This document shows, one piece after another, positions 1-12,273 of a stretch of 64,000 nucleotides of DNA. Location of the stretch: assembly GCA_002269645.1 (NCBI GenBank), contig NIVC01000339.1, forward strand, positions 1-64,000, written 5' to 3'. The notes under the pieces were generated by a model. It was not told where the DNA came from, did no database searches, and was given only the letters and a program-made list of their open reading frames with translations. Numbering within the stretch: the first letter of the stretch is position 1; every line of letters starts with the position of its first letter. A program made the position numbers and the translations under genes. The DNA comes from Macrostomum lignano. Lineage: Eukaryota.

Positions 1-3000
1 ATGTGACTGAGAAGGATCTCTATCGAAGCAGACATGTCTGCGACGGACTTGAAAGCGTCCGAATAACGTAGAAGACTCCCATCAGTCCAGGTACGCGTAC
101 AGATGGTAATAGGAATCCGTGACCATGTGGACAAAGCAGCAGAATCTGCATCTGGTACGTGTTTGATGAACCAAGCGGCTTCAAACCTCGAGCGAACTTT
201 TCGAGAGTTCGAGGCAACTGATCCAGAATCCTATTGAGCTCTTGTACGATTCTCTTCTTCTGCTCGATCTCTTTGCTCGATTCTCTTCTTCGGCTCGTGT
301 CCTCCTCTCAGGTAGACGGTCGCGTCGGGCAGGAAGAAGTGCCATCCGGATTGATGCTCGTCAATCGAGCGTCCTCCAAGTCCGCAATCAGTCGACGGAT
401 CGCTCGATCTACGAGATGTACAAGTCTGTCAGGTCGCCAGTCGTGTATCGGCGTTTCATCGAGCATGCGGAACAGCAAAGTCTTTGCATTGTACGTCTTG
501 AGACCTCGAGCGCGTTTTGCAAGTACCTTCTTCACGATGTACTTGAGAATGACGAACAGTTGTCCCTGCTCACTATTGAGTGATCTCATGAGACATCGTT
601 CGAGAAACGTGGTACTAACTCTGAGTTGTTGTCCCTCCTGCCCAGGAGCAGCTGCACAGACCACGTGACAAATGGACGTTTTCATCTCATTCCTGAGAGA
701 CTGCAATGTAGTCTCTGGTATATTCGTTTCGTATCCAGGCTGTAGAAGTGCGATTTTCGGATAGCAGCAACACTTATAAGCATTCACCAGATCGAGCGCA
801 GGCCGAACCGACGATCCCATCTCCATTTGAGCCGGACTGGCGGCTGAAACCGAAAATAATTGAAATGGAAGACAATGCATAGTTTAAATTTCACTCTAAG
901 TACATAAGGCATAATACATACAAGCTCCAGAGCTGATTAGATGACCGTCCCTGTACTCAAGTCTCTCGGCTTCGCTGCAGTCGCACTGGCAGTAGTCGCG
1001 TATGTGATACACGAAGTCTCTACTGTAAAGCTGAGTCGCATCAATGTCAGAGTCGGAGTCTGTGCCACCTGACAGACTGACTAAGCTGTTTCCCCATCCG
1101 TCAGCTAGACTGCCGACAATGAAGTAGCGTACTGATCGCCAGCTGAAAGTTGCTTCCGCTACCGTCTGCTCCATGATACGAGCTAGAGAAGTTTGCACCA
1201 GCGAGCGGGATCGGACAAACCCGGCAGCAACCATCGAGCGATGCAGCTCAGTGCTGGACTCATCAGAGTAACAGTTCCTAAGGTTTCATTCGTGGAAGTG
1301 ATTGATTGACGAATTTAGCTTTATTTTAGTAATACTTAAATAAAACGTGCGTGTTTTGTATTAGCCTTCAGTAAGCAAGCGAATGTTCTTACCTAAAGAT
1401 GCTAGCCAGTGTGGGGTTACGTGGGGTCTCCAACAAAGAAAAAGTAGCACTCTTGCTGATGTCAAATTCAAAACGCTGGAGCAGTTGCTCCAGCAGCATC
1501 TTGAAAAAACTCGAAACGCGTAGCTCTATCAGCGCTTTATGGTGTCCAAAGAATAACGCCGTTTCCAACGCTCGATTTACCTGCTCTTCCGTTGGACCAG
1601 CAGTGGTGGCCAGCAGTCGAACAACTTTGTGGTGTCCATGCTGCGCTGCCATGCTTAGTGCACAGAGACCACTCGGGTTTATGTGTTGCGGATTTGCTCC
1701 GGCGGCGATTAGAGCCGCTACCGTGCTGAGACTGCCAGCGCGAGCTGCCACAGTCAGTGCCGTGTCTCCTGATCTCGACACTACGTTCACATTGGCCAAG
1801 GCGGCGATCAAACGCTTCACGATGTCCACGTGAGCAACCTGAGCAGCTCTAATCAGAGCAGTTTCGCCCTTATCATTCACTAGATCGACGTTCACCTGCG
1901 CTTCCAGCAATCTAGCGACGATCTCCGTTCGACCATTGAAAGCAGACTCGTGCAGTGCACAGTCGCCTGTCTCTGTGCGGACATCTGGATTGGCTCCTGC
2001 TCTCAGGATGCGAGCAGCAGACGAGGCGTGACCATTGATAGCAGCAAAAACCACAGGACTCCAACCCTTTGTTGTTTGTGTGTCCACCTCGGCACCAGCT
2101 GACAGCAGGCGATCTACAACTACTGAATGACCGTGCTGCGCTGCACAGTGAAGCGGCTGCAGGCCCAGATACATCTGCCTTTCGTTTGGGTCAGCAGCTC
2201 TTTGTAACAGAATGTCGACTACCTTCACGTGTCCTCCAGTTGAAGCCATGTGTAGCGGCGTTGGGAGCGGTGAATTCTCAGAGCTGGCTCCCGCTTCGAG
2301 CAGAAATTGAAATACTTTTACGTGACCACCGCTGGCAGAAATCTGAAAAATATTATTATCTAGGTAAGATAAAGAGCAGATATCAGAGTATTAAGTCATG
2401 ATAATTGACATTAGGAATATCAAGCCATTTTTGCCCGTTGAACTACTGAGGGAAGTCCCCTCGAAAATTTTTTGCTTCGCCGGAAGCGAGCAATGCATGA
2501 GGCACGCAAACAGTTCAATAACACGGGCTAACTATTTGTTGCGCACCTACTCAAGCAAAAATCAAGTCGCCAGCTCTCTTGATTGTGGAGAAATTCAACA
2601 ACGATTCTGTTAGTAAGCCGGTTTTTTTCCATAACGCTGGTGTACTCAATACACCCCTGTGCGCCAATGAGCACTGCACCTCAGTGCAGCCTCGCCAAGC
2701 CTCCAAATTTTATTAGCACGTCGAACGCGTGTCTGCATCGGCTCTGACTTTGTTGGTCACCGCTATAAAAATTAAGGTATAAATATTTTATCTGGAAAGT
2801 TGTTGAGTTCTTTAAACTATAAAATTAAACCGAATTTTTAAAGGGTCCTAATTGTCAGAAAATTAAAGGATATTTGAAGATAGTAAAAAACTTTTTCACT
2901 GTTCTAGGATTTCAGGAGAATTTACAGTAGTAGCTATCATACTTTTTTGTTAATTCTCCTTTGTTTTATCGCAATAGTACTTTTGCAAGACACAGAATTC

Positions 3001-3478
3001 GATACGGTTATTTTCTTAATAAGCAAGACCCTGTCTGCGTAAAAATACGATTTAATTGTATAGTTAAATAAACTAAACAACTAGACATTTAAACAATATT
3101 ACTTTTAAGAGTATCCAGCGCAAACTGCCAAACTAAACCCATATATGTTATTTCATACCTGTAGAGGTGTCAGCGAGTGAGCACTGAGAGCGCAAACATC
3201 GGCCCCCGCTTCAACCAGCAGTCGGGCTGTCCTTAAATGACCCGCCTTCGAAGCCAGCAGCAATGGAGTTTCCCAAGATGGTTGCGGATGTCCACATTGG
3301 CAGATGCTAGCAGCAGTTTCTCCAGCAGTGAGTTTCTGCCGGTTGCAGCCGCCACGTGAAGTGCGGCCAGACCGCGGCTGTCCTTTGTATCCACAGCGGC
3401 TCCATCCTTGAGGAGCTGCGACATCGTTGCAGCATCTCCAGTCTCTGCTGCTTGAATCAAGTCTACAGAATTGGTCAT
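1..3478 (-). pseudogene. Ankyrin + cGAS/Mab-21-like nucleotidyltransferase, copy 1; frameshifted, 3' end runs off the window
   Basis: Exons 3478-3159, 2342-1393, 1277-922 and 843-<1, all GT..AG with the same phases as copy 2. Versus copy 2: 1-bp deletion in exon 1 (ggagtttcccaag vs ggagtttctccaag, ~3271), 1-bp deletion at ~360 giving TGA at 310-308, and a 31-bp insertion at ~261-291. The indels could be assembly errors. Confidence 0.85.
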
Positions 3479-5475
3479 GAGAATATTTTTAATGGATACT
3501 GAAACTAATTTGCTTTGCTCTATAGTGCAACAGAAAATAGCCGGTCTTTTAGAGGCAATACAGAAATTTATTGCAGTCAGTTGTGCAAAGCAGCAAAGAG
3601 GGAGCCTTGGCGTACACCATAAATAGACTTGTGCGCCATTCTACGATCGTGTCACAGCTTGGGGTGGGTAATAATTTTGCTAGCGTACGTTGATTCTGAC
3701 TATAATGGATGAAAGCCAAGCTTATGCGAACATAAAGTACGTTTGTAAGCTCTATTTTTATTCCTTTCGTCACGAAGCTATCAGCGCTCAAAATCTGCTT
3801 CTCAAACTCGCATTTTTTACCTAGAAGCCGATACCGATCGTACAAACTCATTTTAAATCAGTTTCGTAACCAGCTTTATTGAATTAAAAAGATGCAGCTT
3901 GAAAGTTTGAGTATGAACTTCACGACAGCCTTAGCCGTGAAAAGAGAACGGAAGCGAAATTTGCATGTTGCAAGGTTTACCAGATGAAATCAGTCAATAC
4001 TGTTTGATTTCGGATCCACTGATAACTATTGGCAATTAGAAGGCGACTCTACGTACGTTACTGGCGAGTGCAGGATGTGGCAGAAATTTCATCACTGTAA
4101 TTTTGGGTCTGTCTGGAAGGGGAGGGTTGAATTCTCAGTGCGCGATATACCTGTACAGTATACTGTAAGTGTGCAGGCAGTGTGCACCCGTTGGCTTTCT
4201 TCCGCCATCGGCCATCGTACCAATACCTGGCCCTTCTTCTGCCCAAGCCCAATTCGTTTACTCCACATCATGGAGCCGGTCTGACTCCGACAGTTCAAAT
4301 AAATGAGAAACTATAAGCAGAAATAAAACTCAGATAAGCACGGGCAGAGAAGGTAGAAGAACTGCGTAGATTAAAAGAAGGATAGGAAAGCTAACCCATT
4401 GGTACAAACGAGCGCACACACAGGAGGAGAGGAGCGAAGAGACGCCGCCTGTATATTGCAGAGATGCGGACCACGGAGATGGAGATGAGGATGGCGAGAC
4501 CTGCTTATCGAGAAGAGTGGAGAGGAGATAAGCCTGGACGTTGCCATGTGCGAGACTGCAAAAACTCGAAATTAAGAAATATGCGTTCTATGCTGCTGTA
4601 ACGCGTACGTCTTGCATGTTACTCAGTATTTGATTGTTTGCTAGGTACACTGACACGTGCACCAATTCATATTGTACGGTTGATATTTAAAGCCTTACGG
4701 AATTTGTTCTAATGTAATGTCGACTCACCGCGTGCTTGCTCTATATACGAGCGTAAGAGTAAAGATATGCTCGCATATGGCACTAGAATCAATCAAGACT
4801 CAAATATCTTTCTATTTTGTTACAGTGCTCTGTATTGCTCTAACATTTAAGCATGCTCCGAAAGGTACAAAGTTAGTTTAAAAAATAAAAACGGAAAGTT
4901 CTTTAAATTAATTTTCGTATACTTTTGTCAATTCTTTACCTAGGTTGACATTATAGAGAGTTATTAAAACAAGACACAATATTATTGAGTAGATCATCTA
5001 GCGACCAAGCATTTACCGTTGGTTGATGAATTCTATGTTGTACTCATGATTTAAAACGCACGCATGAAATGTCTACGTTACTGTTACTTTTAAAATGATA
5101 CAAGATTGTTGGCTTGTCTATATTAGAACATCTTTTCAGAAAAAATCATTCCACAATGTTCATATCGATTGCCTCCGTTACAGATCATAACTGATAATTT
5201 GTATGAGAGAAAGGGTAAGTGCACAGAATATTCTCTGGCTAAGTGTTAGGATATAAATTTGGCCAATTAAAAATTTTACATAAGAAATCAGCATAAAGAA
5301 AGATAGGTTATCATAATACGCCATTAAATATGCAGACAACATCCAAGTTGGTTGTCTGAAAAGCACGACGCTAATTAGATAGTGTCTCGATCTTGATCCG
5401 CTTCCGCTGTAGTTCACTCTGCAAGTGGGCGAAATGAAATCATTCCTACGAATTAAGAATATTGAAGAATCAACC

Positions 5476-8400
5476 TCACGACAAACTCACATTTGACTGC
5501 ATCATTTTCAAAGCTGCATGGCTCAGTTCAGGGTCAGAAGCGATGACCTTCGAGTGTCTGCTGATTAAACGACTAAGCCGATCCACGTCGCAACAGAACC
5601 TCAATGCCACTTGAAGCTCCTGAACGTCCGCGTTCTCTTCAATCAAGTCGTCGAACCACAACTCCGCATTAAACTGCAGCAGTTCGAGACCGATGGCCCT
5701 GAACAGAGCATCGAAGTTGATAAACACCTGACGACCTTGGAAGTTTCTGAGTATCTTCGGGAAGGTCTCGCACACAAAGGGCAATTCGGGTACCTGTAAC
5801 ACTGGCGGACGATCCATGTACGTGAAGCAGAACTTTGTCACACAGTCCGGGCTTTTCAAGTGGCTCTGGACACGTTCCATGGCTTCATCCGGACTCAACT
5901 CGCAGTTGGAATCAACAGAAACGCCTCGGACTGCTCGAGTACCCCACCCTTCTCGCAGAGTTTTCTCAGCCTCAGCTCTGTACCCGGCGGAGAGAAGAGC
6001 CAGGATGCGAAGACACCTTTTAGCAGAGATGGCTACATCAGGAATGTTGTCGATGTGACTGAGAAGGATCTCTATCGAAGCAGACATGTCTGCAACGGAC
6101 TTGAAAGCGTCCCGAATAACGTAGAAGACTCCCATCAGTCCAGGTACGCGTACAGATGGTGATAGGAATCCGTGACCATGTGGACAAAGCAGCAGAATCT
6201 GCATCTGGTACGTGTTTGATGAACCAAGCGGCTTCAAACCTCGAGCGAACTTTTCGAGAGTTCGAGGCAACTGATCCAGAATCCTATTGAGCCCTTGTAC
6301 GATTCTCTTCTTCGGCTCGTGTCCTCCTCTCAGGTAGACGGTCGCGTCGGGCAGGAAGAAGTGCCATCCGGATTGATGCTCGGTCAATCGAGCGTCCTCC
6401 AAGTCCGCAATCAGTCGACGGATCGCTCGATCTACGAGATGTACAAGTCTGTCAGGTCGCCAGTCGTGTATCGGCGTTTCATCGAGCATGCGGAACAGCA
6501 AAGTTTTTGCATTGTACGTCTTGAGACCTCGAGCGCGTTTTGCAAGTACCTTCTTCGCGATGTACTTGAGAATGACGAACAGTTGTCCCTGCTCACTATT
6601 GAGTGATCTCATGAGACATCGTTCGAGAAACGTGGTACTAACTCTGAGTTGTCGTCCCTCCTGCCCAGGAGCAGCTGCACAGACCACGCGACAAATGGAC
6701 GTTTTCATCTCATTCCTGAGAGACTGCAATGTAGTCTCTGGTATGTTCGTTTCGTATCCAGGCTGTAGAAGTGCGATTTTCGGATAGCAGCAACACTTAT
6801 AAGCATTCACTAGATCGAGCGCAGGCCGAACCGACGATCCCATCTCCATTTGAGCCGGACTGGCGGCTGAAACCGAAAATAATTGAAATAGAAGACAATG
6901 CATAGTTTAAATTTCATAATACATAAGGCATAATACATACAAGCTCCAGAGCTGATTAGATGACCGTCCCTGTACTCAAGTCTCTCGGCTTCGCTGCAGT
7001 CGCACTGGCAGTAGTCGCGTATGTGATACACGAAGTCTTTACTGTAAAGCTGAGTCGCATCAATGTCAGAGTCGGAGTCTGTGCCACCTGACAGACTGAC
7101 TAAGCTGTTTCCCCATCCGTCAGCTAGACTGCCGACAATGAAGTAGCGCAGTGATTGCCAGCTTAAAGTTGCTTCCGCTACCGTCTGCTCCATGATCCGA
7201 GCTAGAGAAGTTTGCACCAGCGAGCGGGATCGGACAAACCCGGCAGCAACCATCGAGCGATGCAGCTCAGTGCTGGACTCATCAGAGTAATAACAGTTCC
7301 TAAGGTTTCATTTGTGGGGATGACATAAATTATTCTGTTTCATATGGTTGCGAGTTAAGTAATATAAGTACGATATTCTTTTTAAGTACGAGATCTCGTA
7401 ATTAGATTTTTTTGTTCAATGTCCTATAATATGTTGCTGTTAGTAGTTGCTTCAGAAAAGTCGTTGCAATTGAGCTTGCGCTTATCAGTTTAAAACTCAT
7501 ATCAGGTCTCTTTGCCATTCATATAGTTTCATCAGACCTGCCTGAGCAGTGAGCACACTCCGCTTTTGAAATTTTTCATTTACAACTTTAAGAGTTCCTA
7601 CGGTCGTACATAAAGTGACTTTTTTGGCTAAAGTGCATAAAAGGTCACCTTGACGCGTAGCTTTTTACTGGTTGTGATTAAAGTTTTCAGCGACTTTTTC
7701 ATTTGTGAACTTTTACTAGGAGCCGTATGATTATTCAAAGGAAGGATCGCACCTGAAGATGTGGGCTTTCTTGCGGTTGAATAGGTCTACCAACTTAGAA
7801 AAATCATCGAATCGTTGAAGCAGTTGCTCCAGAAGCTCCCCAGAGCACTCCGAATTCTTCAGCTCCATCAGCGCTTTATGGTGTCCAAAGAATAACGCCG
7901 TTTCCAACGCTCGATTTACCTGCTCTTCCGTTGGACCAGCTGTGGTGGCCAGCAGTCGGACAACTTTGTGGTGTCCATGCTGCGCTGCCATGCTCAGTGC
8001 ACACAGACCACTCGGGTTCCGGTGTTGCGGATTCGCTCCAGCGGCGAGTAGAGCCGCTACCGTGCTGAGACTGCCAGTGCGAGCTGCCACAGTCAGTGCC
8101 GTGTCTCCTGATCTCGACACTATGTCAACATTGGCCGAGGCGGTGATCAAACGCTTCACAATGTTCACGTGAGCAACCTGAGCAGCTCTAATCAGAGCAG
8201 TTTCGCCCTTATCATTCACTAGATCGACGTTCACCTGCGCTTCCAGCAATCTTGCGACGATCTCCGTTCGACCATTGAAAGCAGACTCGTGCAGTGCACA
8301 GTCGCCTGTCTCTGTGCGGACATCTGGATTGGCCCCTGCTCTCAGGATGCGAGCAGCAGACGAGGCGTGACCATTGATAGCAGCAAAAACCACAGGACTC

Positions 8401-9204
8401 CAACCCTTTGTTGTTTGTGTGTCCACCTCGGCACCAGCTGACAGCAGGCGATCTACAACTACTGAATGACCGTGCTGCGCAGCACAGTGAAGCGGCTGCA
8501 GGCCCAGATACATCTGCCTTTCGTTTGGGTCAGCAGCTCTTTGTAACAGAATGTCGACAACCTTCACGTGGCCTCCAGTTGAAGCCATGTGTAGCGGCGT
8601 TGGGAGCGGTGAATTCTCAGAGCTGGATCCCGCTTCGAGCAGAAATTGAAATACTTTTACGTGACCACCGCTGGCAGAAGCCTGGATTAATTTTTGAAAT
8701 ATGATAAAATTATCAGCTAATCAACTCTTGGTATACGCGTTTAATGGATATAACAACCAATGATATAGGGATTGCATTCAAACAGTTTTCTTTGCCCACA
8801 AGAATCATTTCTTCCTGTCAATTATAGCTTAGGTCCATACTCTTTGCAGCCCAATTCAAGTAGCCAAAGATGTTATTGCATACCTGTAGGGGTGTCAGTG
8901 AGTGAGCACTGAGAGCACAAACATCGGCCCCCGCTTCAACCAGCAGTCGGGCTGTCCTTAAATGACCCGCCTTCGAAGCCAGCAGCAATGGAGTTTCTCC
9001 AAGATGGTTGCGGATGTCCACATTGGCAGATGCTAGCAGCAGTTTCTCCAGCAGTGAGTTTCTGCCGGTTGCAGCCGCCAAGTGAAGTGCGGCCAGACCG
9101 CGGCTGTCCTTTGTATCCACAGCGGCTCCATCCTTGAGGAGCTGCGACATCGTTGCATCATCTCCAGTCTCTGCTGCTTGAATCAAGTCTACAGAATTGG
9201 TCAT
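5476..9204 (-). CDS. Ankyrin (~12 repeats) + cGAS/Mab-21-like nucleotidyltransferase (cGLR) + C-terminal helical region, 999 aa
   Basis: Exons 9204-8884, 8681-7753, 7299-6941 and 6866-5476 total 3000 nt; GT..AG introns in phases 0, 2, 1 give one open frame. NTase motif IVGS-x20-DID; third acidic residue in ALDLVNAY; Mab-21 motifs LRVSTTFLERCLMRSL and LKTYNAKTLLFRMLDETPIHDW. Confidence 0.9.
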
Positions 9205-10174
9205 GGGAAATTTATTCAAACTACTCTTTTTAGAGACTAGCTCGTATCTATTGTGTGTGTTGTGAAGAGGGCATCAGAGGGAGCATTGCTGTTTAAATAA
9301 TTTTTGCAAAGATTTTTGTACAGCTTTGGCATGTGCTTATTTATTGGCGAGAACATGATACGATAGGAATATACAAGCTAGTGCTCGCATATGCGGATTC
9401 TTTATTGGCTTTTTTTCCAACGCTTCGTCACTGAAATTTCACCCAAAGAGCTGCTAAATGTCTGTCTTTGTGACTTGTATATTTTTTCTTATCGGTATAA
9501 AACTCGCTTGTAAAACAAATGCTGCGCAAGGTATGCATGCAGTTGACAGTTCAAAGGACCAACTTAAAGGCGTGTGCTAAAGAGAAATGGCTGCAAAAAA
9601 CACGACAACCACATCAACAAGTCTTTGGCTAATGCCAAGAATGTGGCTGGCGCCCTGAAAACGGATTCCTGAAGTACAGTATGTAGTTTATGCCTAAACT
9701 TTAGTATATTCATTTAATATTCTGCAGTTTCCTGTTCACATTTACCCTCAGGTTTGAGTAGTTAACCAATTGAGTGAGAGGGCACGCTTACAGCAAAAAG
9801 TATTATCATGTGCATGGGTCTTAGCGAACGACTTTAAATGACGTTTTGGAGGCCTACCTCTAAACATGACACCTCTGAACCAGAGAATTCTCTGCAAAGG
9901 AGACTTTACTCTTTACCTTGTCACATAGTAAAAACAGTGAATTAAGATGAAATGTAACACATTATTTACATGGCCGTGCAGTGACAGCATGAATTGCAAT
10001 GAGCTCTGTCGATGAATTAATTGGAATAAAGATTCGCTACTAACACCTATATAACACCTATTTATACATAAAATCGTCCTACAACTCGTGTTTATAGTCT
10101 TACGCCGAAAATATGCTCGTTAATTCGAATATTCACACTTTTGGGCATTATAGAAAGCTTATTATCAATAGTTA

Positions 10175-11588
10175 TTAAATAAGCTGTTCGCTCCGATTTT
10201 CATCGGATGCGTTCGGCGCGTTTAGCAGTTGAACGGTGCTATGATTTGGCAAGTTCTGCCAGGGGTTCGTGAAAACTACTTCACTGCCGCTAGGTGCTGA
10301 GTCGCTGCCATCATTGTCTGACGGCGGGCTGGCAGCCAGCCTCGCGGGTGGTCCTGCCAGCAGCACGTTGCCGGCCTTGCCCCGCCTTTGCCGGTTGGCA
10401 AAGCGTCTAGCCGAAGCTCTGGTTCTGCTGAGCGGGAGCGGAGGACCTCGGCTAGGATTGCGCCTCACTGCAAGCTGAATCAGCTTGGCGGCCCGTTCGA
10501 TCTGGCCGTACTTGAGCGCAGTCGCAGTCAAGCTGTCCAGGCGTTCCGGATTACTCTCCAGAACTCCAAGCAGGATTTGCTCGCAATCGATGCCAGTCGC
10601 GTACTTTTGCGATGCCTTGGAAATTGACTCAGCCAGAGACTCTTGCTGAGTGGAGCAGTTGGTTTCTAAGGCATCTGGTTTTGCTTCACCAATTGGAAAG
10701 TCCTCGGGTGTCGGACTCTCCAAGCCTTCGTGCAAATCAGCGTTACTTGTTAGCTCGTATAGTTACCCCGCTGCGTCTCTTTAGCGGAACCTGCGTTGCA
10801 TTGTGGCAGTCGTTGGGCTCTGGCAAACTTGTATGCGCACACTTCTCTTCCGGTAGTCTCTTTGCTTTAGCGAGCTCTTCTCGTAGCTTTTGAATTTCTT
10901 GCTGATGAAAAATATTTGACAGCCGCAAGTGCAAGTGGCAGCTGTCCTTGCAGTGCTGCTCTAGCTCGTCGAGGCAGCCGGACCACCCGCAGCCAGCCTT
11001 CGAATATGTGCACTCGACCGGGCGTGCCTGACACGAGTCCAGGTGCGTAAGAAATGACTGCCGGTTCAGCATTTCCGAGCCGTTGCAATGCGGACAAGGT
11101 GCAAAGAATTTCTCGCAGCAGCTCTCCGACAACAAGTCCTTGTGACGGCTGTTTAAAAGGTGCAGCTGCACCTCGCGGTTGCAAAGATTGCAGTGCCTCA
11201 TTTCGAAATTGCAATCTGCAGTTAGGTGCCTGTCTAAATGCTTTAGCTGGCTGCTGTAAGGGCAGCCGCAGCCACTGTTTGGACACCGAAACTTCAGTTC
11301 GTTGACTTCTCGACGTGCGGCAATATCCGGAAGGCAATCAGTCCGACTAAGCAAGAACTCGTCGCTGATACTGGGTCGGTCGGTTTCACCGCAGGGGCAG
11401 CTCTTGGCGGTGTCCTGCAGTCGCAGCCAACAGGTGAGACAGATTGAGCACAGGCGGCATCCGTGGTCGCGTTGGTAGCAGTTGATCGCAACTTTCTTGC
11501 AGCTGTAGCAAAGCAGGGGCTCCGGACACTCGTCGATGAGAGTCGCCTCAGCTGCCTTAGCGGACACTTCTCGAGGTTTCTGATTCAT
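10175..11588 (-). CDS. TRAF-like RING + TRAF zinc-finger protein without MATH domain, paralog 1; split by one frameshift near 10743-10765
   Basis: ORF 11588-10743 has CYSC..HGCRLCSIC..CPC, DIAARREVNELKFRCPN and TRAF-type Zn fingers. ORF 10735-10175 contains YATGIDCEQILL..GQIERAAKL..NPSR, which aligns with the C-terminus of paralog 2, so both ORFs are one gene. Confidence 0.75.
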
Positions 11589-11692
11589 TATTGTATTCGG
11601 ATATCGATCAGGTTATATTTTATTCACTAACATTTAAAGTAGCCTTTCTAAAACAGATAGCTCCTGCTACTTAGATAATAGGGTTAGTCCAT

Positions 11693-11749
11693 GGCAATTC
11701 CGAGGCAATTCCGAGGCAATTCCGTGGATTTTCCGAGAAATTGCCACGG
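11693..11749. promoter_or_regulatory. kappaB-like motif cluster upstream of TRAF-like paralog 1
   Basis: GGCAATTCC x3 (11693, 11704, 11715), GGATTTTCC (11726) and GAAATTGCC (11737), 105-160 bp upstream of the ATG; related cluster upstream of paralog 2. Confidence 0.4.
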
Positions 11750-12273
11750 TTGTTCCACAGGAACTCTGGCCTTGCAATTAGTGGCTAATTCTGGCTACTT
11801 TAAGTGCTTGTACGATCAGGTACTACCCACAGAGCTGCTGATACAAGTAGTGCCTTAACTATACAAGTAGAGGAGTGGCCTGTCTAGTGATTTAGTATCT
11901 GTATAGCTCGTACATATTATATACTACTTGGATGTATGATAAAATATCGATGCTTTTAATTCAAGGCCTTAGTTTCTCGCTTAAAGGATGCAGCTACTGC
12001 AGCCGCTGAATAACACAAAAGACGTACAGAATCGCTTTGAATGAGTAAATAATATTAACTATATATTTTTAACGATTCTAGCTCTACTTCAGATAATAAA
12101 TATTTAATGGTTTAAATAAACATCTTGGACAGCTTTTCTGGTGCAGCAGAGCATGAATGTTTTTACAAGGGCAGTAAATCGATTGTCAATATGCAAATAT
12201 AATGGTCAATTTTCTACACCAATTGTAAATAATTAAGTTTGAAAAGTTCAAAATCTGCCTAGTTGTTCTCGAT

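Noticed and set aside
4050-4605. Possible solo LTR between the cGLR copies
   Set aside because: CGTTAC and TGTAACG occur in the wrong order for LTR ends; no TSD or second copy in the window.
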